From: Thainema sp.
Lineage (GTDB): Bacteria > Cyanobacteriota > Cyanobacteriia > Phormidesmidales > Phormidesmidaceae
Direction: 5' to 3'
Assembly (NCBI GenBank): GCA_052168235.1
Contig: JBQLZK010000004.1
Span: 64,001 to 128,000, forward strand
DNA length: 64,000 nucleotides
A model generated the notes under the pieces. That model ran no database searches. It worked only from the letters and a program-made list of their open reading frames with translations, and was not told the origin of the DNA. A program made the position numbers and the translations under genes. Shown here one piece after another: positions 9,865-17,991 of the stretch. Positions within the stretch are counted from its first letter, which is position 1; each line of letters opens with the position of its first letter.

Positions 9865-11049
9865 TTAGCCGCCGCCGCCGCCACCGCTGGCACCACCGCC
9901 ACCACCGCCGCCTGAACCGCCGCCGCCACAGCTACCGCCACCGCCGCCAAATCCGCCGCCGAAGCCGCCACCATAGCTGCCGCCACTGTAGCTTTTGCTA
10001 GAGCGACTTCCAGAAATCGTTGGCCGTTGCGGAATATCTTGGTAATGAGTTGAGCGATAACTACAGGAACTACAGGCGTGGCCAACTTCTTTTTCGCCTT
10101 TCTGGCGCGTGGTAGGAAAGCGGATTACTCGACTGACGCGGCGGAGTCCTCGCTTGCCGCAACTGGGGCAGGATCGCTGAGTAAAAAAGAAGAAACAAGC
10201 GACGGCGGTGACAACGGCCATGATGCCCAACCATTGCAGAGCCAGCGTTAGCAGATTCTCTGGTGTAAAGACTGGGTTTTGAATAAGGGGAGGTGTTTCA
10301 TTGGTGGGATTGGTACGATTGGTGGGATTTGCGATCGCAGTTTGTCCCTGCGAACTATCGGTATCGGCAACATCATCAGTGATATCGAGAATGTTGCTAG
10401 GAAAGCGAACTTTGACTTCCAGAAATTCCCTGGGGGCAAGGGGTTGATTGGCAGTAAATTCAAACGTTTGAGGATCGATTTGCCGACTTGTGGCCGCAAC
10501 GCCTGTACTCGTAAACTGGTTGACGTTGCCCACCAGTTCATCGGGTAAATGAACAGCCACTTTGCCCTGTTTAATCTCCGCGTTGCGTTCGGGGAAGAGG
10601 GCACGCCAGTAAATCTGGTGGTTGGCTCCCCGCGTTTGTACGCCACCCACGACGCGATATTGAATTTTAAAGGTGTGGGATTCGGGAGCGTCTAAGGCGT
10701 GTCGCCAGCGAATCCAATACTGGTTATCCTGAATCCCAGTCTGGGCGGGAAGCTGTTCTTCGCCTTCAGAGACAGCAACATCGGTAATCCAGTCAATGTC
10801 ATCGAGCGGGATATAGCGATAGCGCTGATTGGTGTGATCCGCTGTGAAGGTATATGTTTGCGTCTCGGTGATTACCATGTCACCGTTGGACTGGAGATTG
10901 ATATCGACATTGATAGCGTCCCAGTAAAAAGGAGAGGCGGCTTGAGCAACCCCAATCCCTAAGCTGAGTAAACAGGCACAGAGGCCAACGATGAGCCAGC
11001 GGCTAAATTTAAAGCGCCACGGGCGCTGGTGAAGCTTGAAGTTAATCAT
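9865..11049 (-). CDS. DUF2207-domain membrane protein with Cys ribbon and Gly-rich tail
   Basis: Signal peptide, DUF2207-like N-terminal domain, one TM, CPSC...CSSC, terminal GGGFGGG...GGGGGG. Confidence 0.75.
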   Translation of the reverse strand: MINFKLHQRPWRFKFSRWLIVGLCACLLSLGIGVAQAASPFYWDAINVDINLQSNGDMVITETQTYTFTADHTNQRYRYIPLDDIDWITDVAVSEGEEQLPAQTGIQDNQYWIRWRHALDAPESHTFKIQYRVVGGVQTRGANHQIYWRALFPERNAEIKQGKVAVHLPDELVGNVNQFTSTGVAATSRQIDPQTFEFTANQPLAPREFLEVKVRFPSNILDITDDVADTDSSQGQTAIANPTNRTNPTNETPPLIQNPVFTPENLLTLALQWLGIMAVVTAVACFFFFTQRSCPSCGKRGLRRVSRVIRFPTTRQKGEKEVGHACSSCSYRSTHYQDIPQRPTISGSRSSKSYSGGSYGGGFGGGFGGGGGSCGGGGSGGGGGGGASGGGGGG

Positions 11050-11213
11050 GATGATTTGGTCTAATTGACGTGAGGGTTAAGTCGGTGAATGCCCCTCGAT
11101 TAGCTTCAACTGTAGGCAAGACAAGGGTTAGGCAGAGCATAAGCCGCGTTATGAAACGGGTTATGAATGCGCTATGGCGTGATGTGACAGGATTGATCCG
11201 GGCAGACTGCTAT

Positions 11214-11275
11214 CCCAGAACTTGTTATGCTGAAAGGCAAAATAACCCTTCTGGGTTTTGGTGCAAGATGTGAGT
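11214..11275. repeat. Family B element remnant (right half)
   Basis: GGCAAAATAACCCTTCTGGGTTTTGGTGCAAGATGTGAG matches the right halves of the 8094 and 39401 copies. Confidence 0.75.
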
Positions 11276-11301
11276 CAACGAAACTCTAGTTCTCTAGCCC
11301 G

Positions 11302-12636
11302 ATGGCCGCTGACAACGAACTCTTTCAAGAAGCGCAGACCCAATGGAATCTGGAGAGGCTATACGCGGATCTTGCGATCGCAAAACAGGAAACGGCTCCC
11401 CACAAGCAGCGGTCGCTCACGCAGATGGAGCAGGAGCTACTGCGGGGCTTACTGTGTCGCTATAGTCCAGCGGAAATTGCGGCGCAGCGGTTTACCGCGC
11501 CCAAAACGGTGGAAGTCAGCCTCAGCAACACGATTTATCGCTATGTGGAGACGTTGACGCGACGGGACGTGAACACGCTGGAGAGCTGGCGCGATGTGGC
11601 GGATTGGCTGGCAGCAGCGGGTTACGAATCGGCACGGCTGGAAATTAACTGGTCGCAGGTGCCGGATGTGCCTGTGTTCTACGGGCGGGAAGTGGAGTTG
11701 TCCCAGTTGCAAACCTGGACAACGGAACCGGATGCGGTCTGTCGAATGGTGATGGTGCTGGGGCCAGGGGGCATTGGCAAAACCAGTCTGCTGGTGAAGC
11801 TGGTGGAGCAAATCCAGAGTCAGTTTGATTGTTTGATTTGGCAATCCCTGCGCCACGCGCCGCCGCTGGAGACGATGCTACACCAGTGGCTGACCCAGCT
11901 TCCGGGTGCAGTCGATGGCTCTGAGGGCGATCTGCACGCACAGCTCTGCTACCTGACGGAGTATCTACGCAGTCACCGCTGTCTGATTGTGCTGGATAAC
12001 CTAGACACAATTTTGCGCGAAGGGGACTTTGCGGGACATTACCGAGAAGGCTACGAGAACTACGGCGATTTGCTGCGACGGCTGGGTGAGGAGCAGCACC
12101 AGAGCTGTGTCCTGATCACTAGCCGGGAATCAACGAAAGAAATCGTCATGCTGGATGGGCCGACTCGGCCAGTGCGATCGCTGGATCTGCCTGGGCTGGG
12201 AGATGCCGCAGAGGGCATTCTGCAAGAGGCGAATCTGTCGGACGAAAAGCAGTGGGGGCAACTGATTCGCATTTATCGCGGCAATCCACTGGTACTGAAA
12301 ATTGTCGCTTCCAATATTCGTGAATTGTTTAGCGGCAGCGTCAGCGACTTTTTGAAACAGCGGATCACGCTAATCACCAGCGATGTCAGCTTTCTGATTG
12401 AGCAGCAGTTCAGACGGCTCTCGGCAGCGGAACAGGAATTGCTCTATGCGCTGGCGAAAATTCAGGAACCCGTCAATGTGGGACGATTGCAGGCGGAACT
12501 GGCGCCGAATATTTTGCAGCCGCTGGGGTCGCTGGTGCGGCGATCGCTGGTGGAAAAAAGTGCGGCAGGGTTCACGCTGCGCCCGGTGGTGATGGAATAC
12601 GTGTGCGATCGCATGTCTCGTGAGGCATCATCATGA
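11302..12636 (+). CDS. NB-ARC (STAND) NTPase with N-terminal HTH-like domain, no C-terminal repeats
   Basis: Walker A GPGGIGKT, Walker B LIVLDNLD, LITSRE, GNPL motif. Confidence 0.85.
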   Translation: MAADNELFQEAQTQWNLERLYADLAIAKQETAPHKQRSLTQMEQELLRGLLCRYSPAEIAAQRFTAPKTVEVSLSNTIYRYVETLTRRDVNTLESWRDVADWLAAAGYESARLEINWSQVPDVPVFYGREVELSQLQTWTTEPDAVCRMVMVLGPGGIGKTSLLVKLVEQIQSQFDCLIWQSLRHAPPLETMLHQWLTQLPGAVDGSEGDLHAQLCYLTEYLRSHRCLIVLDNLDTILREGDFAGHYREGYENYGDLLRRLGEEQHQSCVLITSRESTKEIVMLDGPTRPVRSLDLPGLGDAAEGILQEANLSDEKQWGQLIRIYRGNPLVLKIVASNIRELFSGSVSDFLKQRITLITSDVSFLIEQQFRRLSAAEQELLYALAKIQEPVNVGRLQAELAPNILQPLGSLVRRSLVEKSAAGFTLRPVVMEYVCDRMSREASS

Positions 12637-13718
12637 GCTTCTGCATCAATCCCAAATGCCCAGATCGGCAGCAGCCCGATGAGTTAACGCAGTGTGCGGC
12701 CTGTGGAACGGAGTTAGTGATCTGCGATCGCTATCGTCTGATTCGTCCGCTGCGGGAACTGGACGATTGGCTCCCGACTGACATTTTTGAGGTAGCAGAT
12801 GAGATAGCAAATGGAGATACGCTGAAGGTGCTGAAGGTACTGAAACAGCCCAAGCTGCAATTCCTGTTCGAGCGCGAGGCGCAGACCCTACAGCGGCTCG
12901 ATCATCCCGGTATTCCTCAGGTTGAGCTGGATGGCTATTTCACAGTTACGACATCAGAGGGGCAATTGCTGACCTGCTTAGTGATGGAAAAGATTGAGGG
13001 ACTGACGCTGGAGCAGTGGCTAGCCAAGCATGGTTCGGTTGACCCAAAGCAAGCGCAGGTATGGTTGCGGCAGGCGTGCGAAATTTTAGGACTGGTGCAT
13101 CAGACGGAACTGTTTCACCGAGATATTAAGCTCTCTAACCTGATGCTGCGCCCCAATGGACAGTTGGCTCTGATTGACTTTGGCACCGTCCGCCAGATGT
13201 CGAATACTTACCTGGCCAAAATCGGCGGCCAGCGCGATGTCACGAGCATCGTGTCACCTGGCTATACGCCCCTGGAGCAAATCAACGGAAAAGCGGTGCC
13301 CCAGTCGGACTTTTATGCGCTGGGCCGTTCACTGGTGCATCTGCTGACGGGGCAGCATCCAGTGGATTTGGAAACCGATGACGCAACAGGAGCATTAATC
13401 TGGCGTGATTCTGCTCCTCAGGTTGATCGCTGGTTTGCCGAGCTGGTTGATGATTTGATGGCTCCTTTTCCGGGACAGCGCCCGCTCAATGCTCAGGAAA
13501 TTTTGCGACGGCTGGATACGAAACCCGTAAAGCCTCGGCAAAATGCTGAGCAGCTTTGGATTTGGCTGCTCATCAGTCTCAATATTGCCCTGTTGCTAGT
13601 TCATGGCGTGCTGGGTTGGCGTTGGGTGCAGCAGCGAGAGGCGCGATCGCACCTGCCAACCGAACAAAGTCACGTCGCAAATTTCCAGGTTTGTAGGGGC
13701 GATGCATGGCGCACATAA
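12633..13718 (+). CDS. Ser/Thr protein kinase with 4-Cys prefix and C-terminal TM
   Basis: CINPKC..CAACG, HRDIKLSN, DFG, GYTPLEQ; ATGA overlap with the upstream gene. Confidence 0.9.
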   Translation: MSFCINPKCPDRQQPDELTQCAACGTELVICDRYRLIRPLRELDDWLPTDIFEVADEIANGDTLKVLKVLKQPKLQFLFEREAQTLQRLDHPGIPQVELDGYFTVTTSEGQLLTCLVMEKIEGLTLEQWLAKHGSVDPKQAQVWLRQACEILGLVHQTELFHRDIKLSNLMLRPNGQLALIDFGTVRQMSNTYLAKIGGQRDVTSIVSPGYTPLEQINGKAVPQSDFYALGRSLVHLLTGQHPVDLETDDATGALIWRDSAPQVDRWFAELVDDLMAPFPGQRPLNAQEILRRLDTKPVKPRQNAEQLWIWLLISLNIALLLVHGVLGWRWVQQREARSHLPTEQSHVANFQVCRGDAWRT

Positions 13719-13765
13719 TCTCTATGACCGAAGAATACGGTACTGCCACCATGCATCGCCCCTAC
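13693..13765. repeat. GTAG-type REP doublet
   Basis: 17-bp perfect IR GTAGGGGCGATGCATGG/CCATGCATCGCCCCTAC. Confidence 0.8.
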
Positions 13766-15060
13766 GGCGTGGCCAACAACATTCGGGTTTCTGCCGCTGC
13801 CGTTCGCATGGCGTCTTCGGGGGTAGCCTCTCCGACCAAGACCTGCCAAAGATGGGTCTGCAAAATGCGGGATGCCTCGTCATATTGGGGAATTTGGGGC
13901 CGAAAGACGGAATGGTTTTCCAGCGACTCCAACACCTCAGGAAAGAACGGATATTGCGCCACAATCTCCGGATCGGTGTAAAGCGCAGGACGACTCGGCA
14001 AATGGGCCGAATTGAGCACAAACTGTCGTTGCGCAGCGGCACTGGTGAAAAATGCGATCGCACGTTTGGCGGCCTCTGGATGAGCTGCATTTTGGGCAAT
14101 ACCGAATCCCCAGCCGCCGCGACAGGCGTGCGGGATTTGATTCGATGCAGCCACGACGGAGGTTAAACCGACTTGCCCTTGGAGCGGTGAATCACTCTGA
14201 CTGGCTTGTTTCCAGAGATAAGGCCAGTTTCGGACAAACAGACTCTGGCCATCCAAAAACTGATTAAACGATTCTGTTTCGCTATAGCTGGTGACGAGCT
14301 GGGGAGAAATGCCCTGTCGAATGGTGTCGGCTAGGAAAGTGGCAGCTGCGATCGCGGCTGGCTGATCGAGTCCTACTTGCTTCGTATTGGAGTCAATCCA
14401 AAATCCGCCGTGTCCCGCCAAGACTTCTACAAAATTGGCGATCAGTCCTTCATACTCGCGTCCCTGCCAGAGATAGCCCCACGGGGTTGCCCCTTGCGCC
14501 TGTACCAGTTGGGACTGGGCGATCAGTTCGGCAAAGGTCTGGGCTGGCTCCACGTCTAGTTCTGCCATCAGCGCTTGATTGTAGAACAGTAGCCCCAAAT
14601 CAGCCCGAAACGGCATTCGGTAAAGATCGCTTTGGTAGCGCCCTGCGGCCAATTCGCTCGGCAGAAATGCTGCTAATTCATCGGTTGACAGTACGTCTGA
14701 TAGCTCTTGCAGCCATCCTTCGCTGGCAAACCAGGGCAGCCACACCACATCCATATACACCAGATCATGCTGGGGATTGCCGCTACTCAGATCGGCGGTA
14801 TAGATAGCTTTAACTTGGTCGGTACTGTAGGTGCCTTCGACTAACTGCAGCCGAATATCAGGATTTTGCGCTTCAAATTCTGTAATCAGGGGTCGCCACG
14901 CCACCGATTCATCCAGCGGCACCACAAAGGAGAGTACTGTTGGGCTAATCTGGGGCCACTGAATCCACCACACCGCTAGTCCCAGCAGTTGCACCAGGAG
15001 TAATCCTCCTAGAAATGCGATCGCAAACTGACTTGGAACTTTGGAAAACTGAAGACGCAT
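13762..15060 (-). CDS. Sugar ABC transporter substrate-binding protein
   Basis: DLVYMDVVWLPWFA, GYLWQGREYEGL, RNWPY, GGWGFGI; start chosen at ATG 15060. Confidence 0.88.
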   Translation of the reverse strand: MRLQFSKVPSQFAIAFLGGLLLVQLLGLAVWWIQWPQISPTVLSFVVPLDESVAWRPLITEFEAQNPDIRLQLVEGTYSTDQVKAIYTADLSSGNPQHDLVYMDVVWLPWFASEGWLQELSDVLSTDELAAFLPSELAAGRYQSDLYRMPFRADLGLLFYNQALMAELDVEPAQTFAELIAQSQLVQAQGATPWGYLWQGREYEGLIANFVEVLAGHGGFWIDSNTKQVGLDQPAAIAAATFLADTIRQGISPQLVTSYSETESFNQFLDGQSLFVRNWPYLWKQASQSDSPLQGQVGLTSVVAASNQIPHACRGGWGFGIAQNAAHPEAAKRAIAFFTSAAAQRQFVLNSAHLPSRPALYTDPEIVAQYPFFPEVLESLENHSVFRPQIPQYDEASRILQTHLWQVLVGEATPEDAMRTAAAETRMLLATP

Positions 15061-15080
15061 GAATAAAAATGTGGGGCTAA

Positions 15081-15102
15081 GGTAGGCATCGCCCACCCTA
15101 CA
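15081..15102 (-). repeat. GTAG-type REP-like palindrome
   Basis: TGTAGGGTGGGCGATGCCTACC. Confidence 0.6.
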
Positions 15103-15120
15103 AAATATCACCCCGCAAAG

Positions 15121-15212
15121 CTAGTACTCTGTAGATTAAGTTTTGATGGTTGATGTGCCGCGCGGCACATCAACCATCAAAACTCATTAAAACAAAGTTG
15201 ACAGACTACTAG
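15121..15212 (+). repeat. Family C hairpin element
   Basis: CTAGTACTCTGT...ACAGACTACTAG ends; 46-bp spacer-less perfect palindrome 15139-15184. Confidence 0.85.
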
Positions 15213-15416
15213 TTAGTCTTCTGGTAGAACCCACTGGGTGGGTTGAGATAAGCGCTCCATGGCTTTGCGGCGAACGGCTTCGTCAGCCATGGCAATCATG
15301 TCATCTAATGAGGTTTCTTTAATAAATTGTGATACCTGTGGTACGTATTCGCGGTTCGGGCACTCGTCGCCTAGAACACATCCATTCACACAGGCTTCTG
15401 CGCAGTTAATCTCCAT
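15213..15416 (-). CDS. Small Cys-rich hypothetical protein, 67 aa
   Basis: CAEACVNGCVLGDECPN motif; AGGAG RBS before the ATG. Confidence 0.8.
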   Translation of the reverse strand: MEINCAEACVNGCVLGDECPNREYVPQVSQFIKETSLDDMIAMADEAVRRKAMERLSQPTQWVLPED

Positions 15417-15592
15417 GCTGATTCTCCTCTGCTAAGATTCCTGGCTTGATCAAGGGTGGCACCCCCGACTCAATTCGTGCAATCCGCTGGTTTGATAAAC
15501 CGATCTGATTGCTGGCCAAGTTGATGATTATGAACCTTTTTTATCTTAATCGATGACAGAAATCCGGCCATGACCCGTTCTAGGCAAATGCG

Positions 15593-15691
15593 TTAGTGCT
15601 ATGTCAAATCAGTTTTTAGGGTTGATATGCCGCGCAGTGCGCGGCATATCAACCCTAAAAACCCGCTAAAACAATGTTGACCAACCACTAG
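15593..15691 (+). repeat. Family C hairpin element
   Basis: TTAGTGCTATGTCAA...TTGACCAACCACTAG ends; 24-bp perfect arms 15612-15635/15639-15662, loop AGT. Confidence 0.85.
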
Positions 15692-15748
15692 AGGAAACAA
15701 CCCAAAAACCTGCTCTATTGTCTATTACACAAAAACAGGAGTATGCCA

Positions 15749-15804
15749 GTGTTTGTGAACTGGTGTTTGTAAACTGGTGTTTGTGAACTGGTGTTTATGA
15801 ACTA
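15749..15804. repeat. 14-bp tandem repeat x4
   Basis: GTGTTTGTGAACTG, GTGTTTGTAAACTG, GTGTTTGTGAACTG, GTGTTTATGAACTA. Confidence 0.9.
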
Positions 15805-15816
15805 GATTGATGGCTG

Positions 15817-16554
15817 CTACGCGCGTTCAGCGGTTGGTGAACTGGCAAGCCGCTGAGCAAGATAGCCCGTGCCGCGAATTGTAATAATGAGTTCTGGATT
15901 ACTGGGGTCTTCCTCTAGTTTGGCGCGGAGGCGAGTGATATAAACATCCACCACGCGCAAATCAGAGCGCCGCTTGGATGCGTATCCCCAAACCTGCTCC
16001 AAGATATGAGTGCGGGAAACAGGTTCACCAGAATGTTGAAACAGCAGCTCCAATAAGTTGTACTCGGTTTGAGTTAGCCGAATACGCTGCTGAGCTTTGT
16101 AGACCTGCTGCGTATTGGTATCAATTTCGATATTGCTGACTCGGATGACGCCGGGATTGGGTGGGCCGAGTCGGTCGGTTTTCTTGAACCGTCGCAAGAT
16201 GGAGTAGATACGTGCCTCTAACTCTTTAGGGGAGAAGGGTTTGGCCAAATAGTCGTCGGCCCCAATCTTTAAACCTGTGATTCGGTCGCCAACGTCTCCT
16301 AGGGCCGTCAGCATGATGATGGGAACGTCAGACTCTTGCCGGATTTCCTGGCATACCCGATAGCCGTCCACCTTCGGCATCATTACATCTAGAACAACTA
16401 AATCCGGAGCTTCTTGCTCAAACTTTTCGAGTGCTTCTTGGCCGTCGGCGGCGGTGATAACGTCGTAGCCAACCATGCCGAGCCGGGTCGTGAGGATACG
16501 ACGAACTGCGGCCTCATCATCAACCACCAGAATTTTGTCTGTCTGATCTACCAA
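15817..16554 (-). CDS. OmpR-family response regulator, RpaB-like paralogue
   Basis: ILVVDDE, DVMMP, KPFSPKELEAR, RLRAKLEEDPSNPELI..RGTGY; TTG start. Confidence 0.88.
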   Translation of the reverse strand: MVDQTDKILVVDDEAAVRRILTTRLGMVGYDVITAADGQEALEKFEQEAPDLVVLDVMMPKVDGYRVCQEIRQESDVPIIMLTALGDVGDRITGLKIGADDYLAKPFSPKELEARIYSILRRFKKTDRLGPPNPGVIRVSNIEIDTNTQQVYKAQQRIRLTQTEYNLLELLFQHSGEPVSRTHILEQVWGYASKRRSDLRVVDVYITRLRAKLEEDPSNPELIITIRGTGYLAQRLASSPTAERA

Positions 16555-17020
16555 AGTGCTGCCTCTTTGCGATCGCCGGTTCTCTATGTGGAATATGGGT
16601 CAATCTGTTAGTGCTGCTGATGTAATTGATTCGGGTTAAGGGCTTGCCTAAAGGCGGCCCTGCGCGCGTGATGCGGCGAGCTGATTGACCAAAGCCGACG
16701 CATTATACCTCAAGCATATTTATCTGAAAACAATTGTTATCAGCTTGTTATCAATCATAACGAACTTATGCCGAAGTTGAAAGAGTTTTACGAGAGTCTT
16801 AACTAAAGCATTGATTGATAAAAAATATGCGAAGGGTTGATTTTTATAGAGATTCAGGGATTCAAAGGATTGCGATCGCGCTGCTTTAATGAAATTTCAC
16901 CTTGATTATGTGATGAATCATGTCAAAACAGTTCGTAGGGTAATCGCTCGACTGATATTATCTCACCTAAGCTGTGCAGTAATTTTTTGCATTCACCGAT
17001 CCCTGACGTAAGCGAATGAG

Positions 17021-17299
17021 ATGCCTAACCCGTTTCTCGGTGTCAGAATTCCCCAGGACTTAAGCGATGCGATCGCAGCTCGCATACAGGAAACCGGGCA
17101 ATCCCGTTCTGAGATTGTGATTGAAGCACTCCGACTCTATTTGGGCATAGCCCCAGAGCAAGCGCGGTTAGACAGCGTGGAAGAACGGTTGTCTGCTGTT
17201 GAGTTGGAGTTGGGTTTGGGTCATTCTGTATCCCCCCATTCAGCTCCACCCCATCTGCCGCCGAATAAACCAGAGGGTAATGAAAACCACAATGCGTAG
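17021..17299 (+). CDS. CopG/ribbon-helix-helix protein
   Basis: FLGVRIPQDL..AI....ETGQSRSEIVIEALRLYL. Confidence 0.75.
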   Translation: MPNPFLGVRIPQDLSDAIAARIQETGQSRSEIVIEALRLYLGIAPEQARLDSVEERLSAVELELGLGHSVSPHSAPPHLPPNKPEGNENHNA

Positions 17300-17479
17300 G
17301 CTCTTAGCCCTATTTTGCGATCGCTGCTGATTCGAGATTCAGCAAATCAGTGGAAGATTGACGATCGACCGTTAGGCGGGGAGCAAAGGAGTATACTGAG
17401 AAGCATGAGTAACCATTCGTTAATCACCCGTTAACGGTATCTTGTTCTCAGCACCCATATTTTCAGCCCCCGCAGTCAT

Positions 17480-17851
17480 ATGGCCTCTTCTTCTCCTTCC
17501 ATCGAATTTTTTGACAATGTGCCTGAAGAGCTCAGTGGCATCAGTCTGCGCCGGAACCGAAGCACTGGCGTTCGTGTTGCTGTGATGATGTTTGAGCAGT
17601 TGGCCTCGTTGGAGCGCTTTAACAGCTTTACCAAGCGGTTTTCGAAAACGATGCGGCTGACGGATGAAGAAGGGGAAATTAATGTAGAGCCTTCGGGGAT
17701 GCAGTTTATTTTTGGTGGGCCGGAGGGTGATGAGCTTCAGCGGGTTGAGTGCAAAATCGAGATTGACCGCGATGATCACTGGGAGCGGTTGATGCGGTTT
17801 ATGCACCGCTATGCTGAGGCCAATGGGATGGCCTATGGAGAGGATTTGTAA
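17480..17851 (+). CDS. psb28: Photosystem II assembly factor Psb28 family
   Basis: SIEFF..VPEE, LTDEEGEI, WERLMRFMHRYAEANG. Confidence 0.92.
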   Translation: MASSSPSIEFFDNVPEELSGISLRRNRSTGVRVAVMMFEQLASLERFNSFTKRFSKTMRLTDEEGEINVEPSGMQFIFGGPEGDELQRVECKIEIDRDDHWERLMRFMHRYAEANGMAYGEDL

Positions 17852-17915
17852 CGAAGGTTGCTGAAGTGGCCTAGTCCCCTCAGGCTCTCCCGATGGTACG
17901 TTCCGCTGCCTCAGG

Positions 17916-17943
17916 CCCCCACGGATCAGGTGATCGGTGGGGG
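17916..17943. terminator. GC-rich hairpin between convergent psb28 and tex
   Basis: CCCCCACGGATCA-GG-TGATCGGTGGGGG. Confidence 0.4.
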
Positions 17944-17991
17944 TTGTTAGATCGCTTCGCTTTGCTGGGGTGGGCGTTTCGCCCAGTTGGT

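Noticed and set aside
15749..15804. CRISPR array
   Set aside because: Units are 14 bp and contiguous with no spacers; no cas genes in the window.
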